A stretch of 35,169 nt of DNA from an uncultured Alistipes sp. (GTDB lineage: Bacteria; Bacteroidota; Bacteroidia; Bacteroidales; Rikenellaceae): assembly GCA_964633635.1 (NCBI GenBank), contig CAZWHN010000001.1, positions 1 through 35,169 of the forward strand. The letters are read 5' to 3'. Position numbers and translations under genes: made by a program. Positions 7,831-16,358 of the stretch are shown here, piece after piece. Within the stretch, counting starts at the first letter, position 1. Each line of letters opens with the position of its first letter. The notes below the pieces were generated by a model. The model was given only the letters and a program-made list of their open reading frames with translations. It was not told the origin of the DNA and did no database searches.

Positions 7831-10524
7831 ATGAAGAGCGTCTTAAAGATTTCTACCCTTGCTCTCGTGGCCTTTGTGGCCGTTTTTTCAGCCGTCGTGG
7901 CCGAGGCTGCCGAGGCTACCATAGCCCCCGCACGCCTCACCTGCGAGTACGAGCCCTCGCCCGTGCTCGATATTCAGAATCCACGACTCTCGTGGATCAA
8001 CCTTAACCCCTCGCAGCGTCAGGGTGCTGCACAGACGGCCTACCGCATCCGCGTAGCCACCTCGCCCGACTTCTCGCAGACGGTGTGGGACACGGGCAAG
8101 GTACTCTCGTCGGAGTCGGCCTTCGTCACCTACAAGGGCGCTGCGTTGCAGTCGCGCACCTCGTATTGGTGGCAGGTGATGGTCTGGGACGAGGCTGACA
8201 ACCCCTCAGCGTGGAGTGCCCCCTCGATGTGGCATATGGGCCTTAGCAAAGAGGATTGGCAGGCCGAGTGGATCGGCGCTCCGTGGCAGGGCGAGGAGTC
8301 TTACGACGTGATGGGCAGCAAGGAGGTTGTGCCCGCACCCCTGCTCCGCAAGGAGTTTTCGGTGAGGAAGACCGTTAAGCAGGCTCTCTTCTACGGTACG
8401 GGACTCGGCTACTTCGAGCTCTACATCAATGGCGAGCGCGTAGGCGAGGATTACCTCTCGCCCAACCAGACCAACTACTCAACCCGTCCCAAGCTCGACA
8501 CACGCGGCATCGTCGTTACCGACCCCTTCGAGGAGTACACCGTGATGTACCTCACGCACGACATCACCTCGCTCTTGAAGCAGGGCGAGAATGCCGTAGG
8601 TGCCATCTTGGGTAATGGTTTTTATGACGTTGTAGAGTATTGGCCCGCAATGGGTTACGGCACACCCCGCTTTATGGGACAGGTGGAGATCACCTACGAG
8701 GACGGCTCACGCGAAGTGATCGCCTCGGATCTATCGTGGCGCGCAGAGCGCAGTGCTATTGTCAGCGATCAGGTCTATCTGGGCGAGCACTACGATGCCC
8801 GCCTCGAGCACGACGGCTGGGCTACGGCTTCGTACGACGACTCGTCGTGGCAGCAGGTGGCGCTGAAGCGTGCCCCCGAGGGTAAGCTCATCCCTCAGAA
8901 TGGCCCTGCCGACCGCATCACCAAGCGCTATGCCCCCGTCGAGATGAATAAGCGCGACGATGGCACCATCCACATCAAATTCCCCGAGGAGATCTCGGGC
9001 TGGATGGCGCTGAAGAACATCAAGGCCGAGAGTGGCCAGACCATCAACATCAAATACATCACCGAGTCGCCGGGTCAGGGCACCAACTCCTACACGGCCA
9101 AGGGCTCGGGCGACGAGTCTTACCACGCCCGCTTCACTTGGTTCGTATTCTCGGAGGTCGAGGTGACGGGTATCGACAACCTCACGGCCTCGCAGGTCGA
9201 GGCTCACGCCGTCAACTCCGATGTCGATTACTCGGGCGAGTTCACCACCTCGAACGAGCTGATCAACCGCATCAACCAGATCTGGCAGCGTAGCCAGCTC
9301 GACAATATGCACGGTGCCATCGCCAGCGACTGCCCCCACCGCGAGCGCTCGCCCTACACGGGTGACGGTCAGGTGGCCTGCGTGACGGTGATGCACAACT
9401 TCGACGCACAGACCTTCTACAACAAGTGGATTCGCGACATACGCGGTGCGCAGACCTCGGGCGGATATGTCCCCAACTCGGCTCCGTGGCAGCCAGGCTG
9501 CGGTGGTGGTGTAGGCTGGGGTGCCGCTATGGAGATTATGCCGTGGGAGTTCTACACCCACTACGGCGATCGTCGCGTGTTGGAGCAGAACTTCGACGCT
9601 ATGCGTCGCCACGTCCGCTGGATGACAACGTGGGTGGAGGATGGCACGGGCCTTATGCTCTCGCACGATGTGCAGAAGTGGAAGAATCTGGGCGACTGGC
9701 TCCCCCCGCGTGAGCTGCCCAAGGCCGAGCTGGTTCACACCTTCTTCCTCTGGTATTGTGCCGACATAGCCGTTCGCACGGCTCACTCGTTAGGCGAGGA
9801 TGCGGCTGAATTCATCGCCATCCGCGACGCCGCAGCCGATGCCTTCCATAGCAATCTCTACGACCCTGCGACGGGCTCATACGGCAAGTACGGCAGCAAC
9901 GTGCTGGCTCTGAAGATCGGCGTTCCCGACGATCGTCGTGCGAAGGTCGTTGAGGCTCTGCGTCAGAATATTGCCGAGGTGAACGACCACCTCGATACGG
10001 GTATCGTCGCTACCCGCTTCCTCTTCGAGGTGCTGTGCGACAATGGCCTGAAGGATCTGGCCTACAAGATCATCAACCAGCGCGACTTCCCCTCGTTCGG
10101 TTGGTGGATCGAGCAGGGCGCTACCGTGACGTGGGAGAATTGGAATGGCAAGGACTCACGCAACCACCCGATGTTTGGTGGTGGTATAGGCTGGTTCTAC
10201 CGCGATTTGGCGGGTCTTCGTGCCATCGACGCAGGCTTCCGCTCGTTCGACGTGCGTCCCGTTGTCCCCGAGGGTCTGGAGTGGGTGAACTACACTCACA
10301 ACACCACCTACGGCCAGATCGCTATCCGTTGGGAGCACCGCGATGGTCGTTTCCACCTCTCGTGTGACGTTCCCGTAGGCACCACTGCCACCGTATGGCT
10401 CCCCTTCTCGGGCGAGGCTCCCGAGCTGGCCGAGTCGGAGAACATCATCCGCAAGGGTGTGCGCGAGGGCTATGCACTCTACAAGGTGCGCTCGGGTCAC
10501 TACGAATTTGACACTGCGCTGTAA
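7831..10524 (+). CDS. Secreted GH78 alpha-L-rhamnosidase
   Basis: Signal peptide; PRLSW, APLLRKEF, GLGYFELYING, SDCPHRERSPYTGD, GATVTWENW and SRNHPMFG motifs. Confidence 0.9.
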   Translation: MKSVLKISTLALVAFVAVFSAVVAEAAEATIAPARLTCEYEPSPVLDIQNPRLSWINLNPSQRQGAAQTAYRIRVATSPDFSQTVWDTGKVLSSESAFVTYKGAALQSRTSYWWQVMVWDEADNPSAWSAPSMWHMGLSKEDWQAEWIGAPWQGEESYDVMGSKEVVPAPLLRKEFSVRKTVKQALFYGTGLGYFELYINGERVGEDYLSPNQTNYSTRPKLDTRGIVVTDPFEEYTVMYLTHDITSLLKQGENAVGAILGNGFYDVVEYWPAMGYGTPRFMGQVEITYEDGSREVIASDLSWRAERSAIVSDQVYLGEHYDARLEHDGWATASYDDSSWQQVALKRAPEGKLIPQNGPADRITKRYAPVEMNKRDDGTIHIKFPEEISGWMALKNIKAESGQTINIKYITESPGQGTNSYTAKGSGDESYHARFTWFVFSEVEVTGIDNLTASQVEAHAVNSDVDYSGEFTTSNELINRINQIWQRSQLDNMHGAIASDCPHRERSPYTGDGQVACVTVMHNFDAQTFYNKWIRDIRGAQTSGGYVPNSAPWQPGCGGGVGWGAAMEIMPWEFYTHYGDRRVLEQNFDAMRRHVRWMTTWVEDGTGLMLSHDVQKWKNLGDWLPPRELPKAELVHTFFLWYCADIAVRTAHSLGEDAAEFIAIRDAAADAFHSNLYDPATGSYGKYGSNVLALKIGVPDDRRAKVVEALRQNIAEVNDHLDTGIVATRFLFEVLCDNGLKDLAYKIINQRDFPSFGWWIEQGATVTWENWNGKDSRNHPMFGGGIGWFYRDLAGLRAIDAGFRSFDVRPVVPEGLEWVNYTHNTTYGQIAIRWEHRDGRFHLSCDVPVGTTATVWLPFSGEAPELAESENIIRKGVREGYALYKVRSGHYEFDTAL

Positions 10525-11306
10525 TGAAACCCCTGAGATTGCACATATCGCCCTGCCCGAACGACACCTTTATGTTCGATGCTATGGTCAGTGGCCGCAT
10601 CGACTGCGAGGGGTTGCAGCTTGAGGTCGAGTATCACGACATCGAGGAGCTCAATGCCTCCGTTATGGAGGGTCTGCCCGACGTGAGTAAGATCAGCTGC
10701 GCTGTGCTGCCCGCCATCACCTCGCACTATCGTCTGCTCGGTAGCGGTGCGGCACTCGGACGTGGCAATGGCCCGCTGCTGGTGCGTCGCCGTGGCGAGC
10801 AGGGTGCGATCCGTCGCATCGCCGTGCCTGGCCTGCACACCACAGCCAACGCCCTGATCGAACGCCTCTTCCCCGAGATCGAGGAGCGTGTACCGTTGCT
10901 CTTCTCCGAGATTGCAGCCGCTGTCGAACGGGGCGAGTACGATGCGGGTGTGCTGATCCACGAGGGACGCTTCGTCTATGAGCGTCGCAACCTCACGCTC
11001 GTGGCCGACCTGGGTTTGGAGTGGGAGGCTCGCACGGGGCTACCCCTGCCACTCGGAGGTATCGTGGTGAGGCGCGATCTGCCCACCAAGACGCAGGAGC
11101 TGATCGACCGCACGCTCCGTCGCAGCATCGAATACGCCTTTGCCCACCCGATGGACTCGCGTGCGTATGTCAAGTGTCACGCGCAGGAGCTGGAGGATGA
11201 TGTGATCGACAAGCACATCGCCCTTTTCGTCAACTCCTACTCGCTCGACCTCGGCACGGAGGGCCGCGCAGCGATGAGAGCCCTCACTCAGTTGCAGGAT
11301 TTTTAG
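10524..11306 (+). CDS. mqnD: 1,4-dihydroxy-6-naphthoate synthase
   Basis: SPCPNDTFMF, DIEELN, GAALGRGNGP, LIHEGRF, LPLPLG and HIALFVN motifs; TAATG stop/start overlap with the GH78 gene. Confidence 0.93.
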   Translation: MKPLRLHISPCPNDTFMFDAMVSGRIDCEGLQLEVEYHDIEELNASVMEGLPDVSKISCAVLPAITSHYRLLGSGAALGRGNGPLLVRRRGEQGAIRRIAVPGLHTTANALIERLFPEIEERVPLLFSEIAAAVERGEYDAGVLIHEGRFVYERRNLTLVADLGLEWEARTGLPLPLGGIVVRRDLPTKTQELIDRTLRRSIEYAFAHPMDSRAYVKCHAQELEDDVIDKHIALFVNSYSLDLGTEGRAAMRALTQLQDF

Positions 11307-11332
11307 CGAAAAATTGATATATATTAATAAAT

Positions 11333-11355
11333 GCCGCCTTCGGGCGGTTTTTTTT
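11333..11355 (+). terminator. Intrinsic terminator of the ispA-mqnD operon
   Basis: GCCGCC-TTCG-GGCGG followed by T8; cUUCGg tetraloop. Confidence 0.92.
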
Positions 11356-11528
11356 GTGAAATATTTTGGGTGTTGATAAAATTATTACTATCTTGTAAAC
11401 AGTAAAGAAGGCGCTTTATTTTTAAGGGGCGAAGAAAGGAGGCTTTTAAGGAATGTAGAGGCGCTTAAGAAAAAAACTCCGCAACATAGACAAGACTTTC
11501 ATACTATAACCATTAATACCTATAGCCT

Positions 11529-11897
11529 ATGAAAAAGTTTATTACCATAGTGTTTGCAGCAGTAGCCCTCGTGGCCTGCCAGAACAACAACAAGGCTAAC
11601 TCGGGCTCTGAGCTCAGCCCCACGCCCAACAAGATCGAGTGCAAGGCCGACGGCGGCACCTTCACCATCACCACAGCCATACCCTCATACTTCACCGGTG
11701 CAACCATCTGGGAGGAGGTGACCGAGGCCAACCCCACGGGCGAGAGCACACCTCTCTACTACACCGTCAAGCAGAAGGACGCAACCACCTACGACGTGAC
11801 GATCAAGCCGTTCGAGGGGACGAAGGTTATGTATCTGCGCTTCGGCGTGGACGATGACTCTAACGCTGGCGTGGTGGCCGTGAACTGCCGACCCTAA
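11529..11897 (+). CDS. Small lipoprotein, possibly BACON/Ig-like domain
   Basis: Lipobox LVAC after a hydrophobic core; IECKADGGTFTITT resembles a BACON N-terminus; native codon usage. Confidence 0.7.
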   Translation: MKKFITIVFAAVALVACQNNNKANSGSELSPTPNKIECKADGGTFTITTAIPSYFTGATIWEEVTEANPTGESTPLYYTVKQKDATTYDVTIKPFEGTKVMYLRFGVDDDSNAGVVAVNCRP

Positions 11898-12116
11898 CAT
11901 TGTGTGACTCATCGCAGAAGCGAGTAAATTCTGGATTTTAAGGTTTAGAGTGAACTTAAGAGGGATCCTCCGACAATTTCATACGCGCAAAAGACGAGAA
12001 ATAATGGGACGAATTGGATGTCAGAGGCAAACGATTTTTGAGGATGAGTGATAATAATAGTGTAAAAAAGATGTTAAAAGGAGAGTATCAAGGAGTGATT
12101 CTTCTATAGTTTACCA

Positions 12117-12151
12117 GATGAGGCTGCCAGCAGGGTGGCCTCATCGTTTTT
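12117..12151 (+). terminator. Intrinsic terminator between the lipoprotein and convergent btuB
   Basis: GATGAGGCTGCC-AGCAG-GGTGGCCTCATC-GTTTTT; the two G-U pairs and the U tract work only on the plus strand. Confidence 0.75.
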
Positions 12152-14206
12152 CTATCTATCGCGTTTGCCCCACTTGGGCGTTATGCCGAGGAAGATCTCG
12201 TAGTTGATGCCTGGCATCGGACGCGACAGCACCGAGAGGTACTCCTCGTCGAAGAGGTTGTTCACAGCCCCCTTCAGCGAGAGATCGGCCCACGGCGTAG
12301 AGAAGCGCTTCTCGATGGTGATATTGTTCATATAGTAGGGCGGCAGGTTGCCCGAGAGCGAGAGATCGTTGCTCGACATCGTGTAGCGCTCGCTGTAATG
12401 ATTCCACTTGTAGAGTAGCGACCACGTTCGCCACGAGAGCGTACCACTCATCGAGGCCGAGACCTCGGGGACGTAGGGCAGCTGCTTGCCCACCGACTTA
12501 TCGGCTGGCGAGACGGGCTCACCCTCATTGATCGAGGGTGTCCACGAGTAGGTGCCACTCATCGCCAGATGCCAATCGCCACCTAACGCCAACTCAAGGT
12601 CGGCCTTGAGCTCGACGCCATACGAATGCACATCCTTCACGTTGCGAGGCGAGAAGAAACCCTTGGTGGTGGGGAGCCACAGTATCCAATCCTCGATGTA
12701 GGAGTCGAACCACGTTGCCGAGCCCGAGAGCGAGTATAGCCCCTCGCGTCCCACGGCAAACGACACTCCAGCATCGTACGACCAGCCCTGCTCGGGCCTC
12801 AGGTCGGGATTACCGCCCGGCAAGAAGTAGAGGTCGTTGAGCGACGGGAAACGGTAGTTGCGCGACACCGAGGCCTTGGCTATGATGTTGCCCCGCTCGG
12901 AGATCACGCCATCGACAAAGAGGGCGGGGATGATGGGTGTCCACTCCGTCCCGAAGAGCTCCTCACGCAGCGTGAGCGAGAGTCCTATGCGATCCGTCGG
13001 TCGCCACTTGGCCGTAGCCACACCCGAGAGCTCGATGCGTCCCTTATCGTAACCCACCACGGCACGGTCGCCCTGCTGGAGAATTACGTTCTTATCCTCG
13101 CTTCGCACCAGATGCTGATGTGCCGAGATCGAGCCCGTGAAGAGCCACTTGTCGGCGTAGTACTCGCCATCGGCCTGACCATAGAATGTATTGACACGGC
13201 TACGCGAGCGGGTCATCGGTGTCATCACTCCGTTGCCCGGGTCACGCTTGTAGTCGTAGGCCATCCTTGTGTGTATGTAGCCCGCCTTGGCCGCCACCTT
13301 CCAATCCGAGCGGAGGTGATCCCACGAGATGAGACCACGGAAAGTATGCTCGCGCTGGCGGTTGTCGAAGTGGGTGAAGTCGCTGTAATCGGTGGTGAGC
13401 ATCTGCAGCTCGCGGTTCGAGTTGATGTACCACGCATTCAGTCCGAAGCGGTCGCCACGCCCCGTGTTGTAGTAGGCCTCCTGCAAGATGTGCATATCCT
13501 TGAACGAGCCGCTGCGGTTGCGCTCCGTGGGGTGGTATTGGCCGATGATATTCATCTGCTCGTCGTAGATGTTCTCCTTCTTGTCGCGGTTACGGTAGGA
13601 GTATTCGTTGGGCGAAGATGAATAGACGGCTCGTGTCGAGAGCTGCCAATGGTCGTTGCCATAGGTCAGGCGCAGGAACTCGTCGAAGGTCTCGAACGAC
13701 CCCACACCCTGAACATATTGCAGCCCGAAGCCCTCGGCCGCAGCGGGTGCTGTGGCGAGCTTCACCGCTCCGCCCAATCCTCCGCCCGTCTCATTCACCG
13801 ACGAGGAGCCGTGCAGCAGCGTGGCGTCGTCGATGAAGTAGGAGGGAATCATCGAGAAGTCGGTCATTCCCATCATCGGGTTGTTGATGCGCATACCGTT
13901 CCACGTCACCTGCGTATGCGAGGGCGAGGTGCCTCGCAGCGACACCGTCGAGAGTGTGGCACGGCCATAGCTCTTGACGAAGATCGAGGAGTTGAAGGCC
14001 AGCACATCGGCAATCGAGAGCGCCACATTCTCCTTCAGCACTGCCGAGTCGAGTTTGGTCTGCTGGGTGCCGATCTCCTTCATCGGGCGGCGGCCATAGA
14101 CCGTCACCTCGCGGATGGATACGGTGCGACGAGGCTCATCCTGCGCCCTCAGCAGCTGCGGCAGCAGAACGAATAGTAACGACAATATGTATATCACTCG
14201 ACGCAT
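12152..14206 (-). CDS. btuB: TonB-dependent cobalamin transporter
   Basis: Signal peptide, TonB box-like IREVTV, plug motif SLRGTSPSHTQVTWNG, GNPDLRPE, NNLFDEEY; directly after btuG and under a B12 riboswitch. Confidence 0.9.
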   Translation of the reverse strand: MRRVIYILSLLFVLLPQLLRAQDEPRRTVSIREVTVYGRRPMKEIGTQQTKLDSAVLKENVALSIADVLAFNSSIFVKSYGRATLSTVSLRGTSPSHTQVTWNGMRINNPMMGMTDFSMIPSYFIDDATLLHGSSSVNETGGGLGGAVKLATAPAAAEGFGLQYVQGVGSFETFDEFLRLTYGNDHWQLSTRAVYSSSPNEYSYRNRDKKENIYDEQMNIIGQYHPTERNRSGSFKDMHILQEAYYNTGRGDRFGLNAWYINSNRELQMLTTDYSDFTHFDNRQREHTFRGLISWDHLRSDWKVAAKAGYIHTRMAYDYKRDPGNGVMTPMTRSRSRVNTFYGQADGEYYADKWLFTGSISAHQHLVRSEDKNVILQQGDRAVVGYDKGRIELSGVATAKWRPTDRIGLSLTLREELFGTEWTPIIPALFVDGVISERGNIIAKASVSRNYRFPSLNDLYFLPGGNPDLRPEQGWSYDAGVSFAVGREGLYSLSGSATWFDSYIEDWILWLPTTKGFFSPRNVKDVHSYGVELKADLELALGGDWHLAMSGTYSWTPSINEGEPVSPADKSVGKQLPYVPEVSASMSGTLSWRTWSLLYKWNHYSERYTMSSNDLSLSGNLPPYYMNNITIEKRFSTPWADLSLKGAVNNLFDEEYLSVLSRPMPGINYEIFLGITPKWGKRDR

Positions 14207-14311
14207 CGTCTTCTTCGTTTCTTTTATCTCTCCTTTTCTGTTATTCTTTTTCTGTCCCTCTTTTTCTTCTCTCTTCCCCTTTTGCTCTTTTCTCTCTCCC
14301 CCCCCCGAAAA

Positions 14312-15391
14312 TTATTTCCAGCAGAAGGCGCCAGGGATGATGCCCACATAGAATTCATCCACCAACTCACCCTCGGCCGTGTAGCGGTAGATCATACCCT
14401 GCTGCTGATAGTCCACAGCGTCGGCCACATAGACCTCGCCCGTGCGAGGGTCGATCGTAAGGCCGTAGTAGAGTGTCTCGCGCTGCTTTAGGAACGGACG
14501 CACGGGCAGACGCTCGGCATCGACCGACATCTCCCACACGTCGTTGTTGATCCAGTACAACCTGTCGCCCGTGCCGTTGAGCTGCAACTCCGTGGGCTCG
14601 CTGCCCATAGCGAAGCGGAACTCACGCTCGATGGTGAACGTCTCGGCGTCGATGCGGATAAGGCGTGGCGTCTCGTGACCATAGGGCGAGTCGGCGTAGC
14701 CGCCGTCGGTCAGCGTCCAGAGCTTGCCTCGGCTGTCGAGAACGAGCGACGAGGGCTGTATGCCCACCTCCAACTCCCCGACGATGGTATCGGTCTGGGT
14801 GTCGATCTTGAGTATCTTATTCTGGTAGGACCAGCAGCTGACGTAGAGGTAGCGTCCCCACTGCACCATCTGCTCCGTCGAGCCGCCATCGGGCGTCATA
14901 CCTGAGCACTCGATGTGGCCCGTGATCTTGAAGGTCTTGGGGTTGACGATGAAGATGCGGTTGTCCCAGATCTGTGTGACGTAGGCCTTCTCGTCGGAGA
15001 TGAAGTGGATGTAACGCGGCGAGGTGAAGCCCGTGATGCGTCCCACCTCCTTGTAGGTGTCGGTGTCGATGGCGAAGACGACGTGCGAGTTGTTCACCAC
15101 GATCCAGCCCACGCCGTTGTGGATGACCATCGACTGCGCCACGTCGCCTAACTTCATTGCGTTCGAGCGGTAGAAGATTTCGTTCTCGACCGTGCGGGTT
15201 GCGGGGTCGTAGAACGATAGTGAGGCGTTACCGTACTGGAAGTTGCCCTCGTTGGTGATGAAAAGGCCCTCGGCCACTCCATCGAAATCCTCTTGCAAGC
15301 CGTATTCCCACTTCATACAACCCACGAAAAGCACAATGGCCGCCACGAAAATGGCAGTCTGCACAATCCTTGATATGTTTATGACCCTCAC
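14312..15391 (-). CDS. btuG: Surface beta-propeller cobalamin-binding lipoprotein
   Basis: Lipobox VGC-MKWEYG; GLFITNEGNFQYGNA, KLGDVAQSM, TSPRYIHF, ADAVDYQQQG and C-terminal GIIPGAFCWK as in Bacteroides BtuG; GTG start. Confidence 0.92.
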   Translation of the reverse strand: MRVINISRIVQTAIFVAAIVLFVGCMKWEYGLQEDFDGVAEGLFITNEGNFQYGNASLSFYDPATRTVENEIFYRSNAMKLGDVAQSMVIHNGVGWIVVNNSHVVFAIDTDTYKEVGRITGFTSPRYIHFISDEKAYVTQIWDNRIFIVNPKTFKITGHIECSGMTPDGGSTEQMVQWGRYLYVSCWSYQNKILKIDTQTDTIVGELEVGIQPSSLVLDSRGKLWTLTDGGYADSPYGHETPRLIRIDAETFTIEREFRFAMGSEPTELQLNGTGDRLYWINNDVWEMSVDAERLPVRPFLKQRETLYYGLTIDPRTGEVYVADAVDYQQQGMIYRYTAEGELVDEFYVGIIPGAFCWK

Positions 15392-15413
15392 TTACTTATA
15401 TCCAAGAAATGTT

Positions 15414-16352
15414 TTATTCCATTGAGTAGTCGCGGAAGTCGTACACGTCGGTCGAGTTCTCGCCTATCCATCCGCTCTTGGTGTTGAGTGCCGTCTGCAC
15501 CTTCACAAAGTCGATGTAACGGAGCTCCACCACCTCGCCTTGCTCGTCAATCGCGTTGGCAATGTCGAACAGATTCTCTGGCCCAGCCTCGCCCGTGATG
15601 ATGTCCTGCTCGCTGAAGTTGTCGGCATAACCCCAACCGTATGAGGGCTGCACCCACAGCGATCCATTGCCCGAGGAGTCGTAGTTGCGAGCCTCGAGAC
15701 GTGTGCCCGTGAGGGTGTAGCTGTCGGCCTTGATCCACGTCGGGTAGTAGTAGGGCTGCGGGTGGAACGTAGGGAGGTAGTCGATCTGTCCCGTAGCGCC
15801 CTCGCTGTCGGCCCACTCGACGGGCTGCCCCTCGGCCGAAGGGCGGTAGTAGGTCACCGAGTAGTGCTGGATGGTGGTCGCGGCACCGCTCTCGCTGCCA
15901 CGCAACTCGTACCAGCCGTCGTTAGCCACGCCGTCGCCATTATTGTCCTGCGACACCCACACTATGCCTGGCTCCGAGGAGCCGTCGTAGCAGTTGCTGC
16001 GGATGGCGAAGTCGTAGCCCGTGACATTGTCGATGCTATGGTCGAACGCCACCACGACATAACCACCAAAAGCTCCGAGCGAGAGGAACTTGCCATCGCG
16101 CATACGTCCCTCGGCATAGGCCACGGCGTCGGCTGCGGTGAGCTCCTCACCCGTGAAACCACTCTGGGTGGTGTCGCCGATGTACTGCCCAGGGGCGGGG
16201 GTATATTCGAGCACTGCACTCCAGTGGGCCTCAGAGGTGGCCGTGCGGGGACGGTAGTGCTCATCATCTAATGTGATCGTAACCACATCGTCCTTGTTGC
16301 AGGACGATGCGGCCACGATCATCAACACACACATAAATCTAAATTTCCACAT
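15414..16352 (-). CDS. btuH: BtuH-like cobalamin-binding surface lipoprotein (single domain)
   Basis: Lipobox SSC-NKDD; EYTPAPGQ, SLGAFGGYVV, SSEPGIVWV, WYELRGSE, WGYADN and IDFVKVQTA motifs; btu operon context. Confidence 0.75.
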   Translation of the reverse strand: MWKFRFMCVLMIVAASSCNKDDVVTITLDDEHYRPRTATSEAHWSAVLEYTPAPGQYIGDTTQSGFTGEELTAADAVAYAEGRMRDGKFLSLGAFGGYVVVAFDHSIDNVTGYDFAIRSNCYDGSSEPGIVWVSQDNNGDGVANDGWYELRGSESGAATTIQHYSVTYYRPSAEGQPVEWADSEGATGQIDYLPTFHPQPYYYPTWIKADSYTLTGTRLEARNYDSSGNGSLWVQPSYGWGYADNFSEQDIITGEAGPENLFDIANAIDEQGEVVELRYIDFVKVQTALNTKSGWIGENSTDVYDFRDYSME

Positions 16353-16358
16353 ACTCCT

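Noticed and set aside
14207..14314. btuG and btuB are in frame with 35 open codons between them, suggesting a read-through fusion
   Set aside because: A purine-rich strand rarely has stops, in-frame is a 1 in 3 chance, the stop is TAA, and BtuB has its own signal peptide
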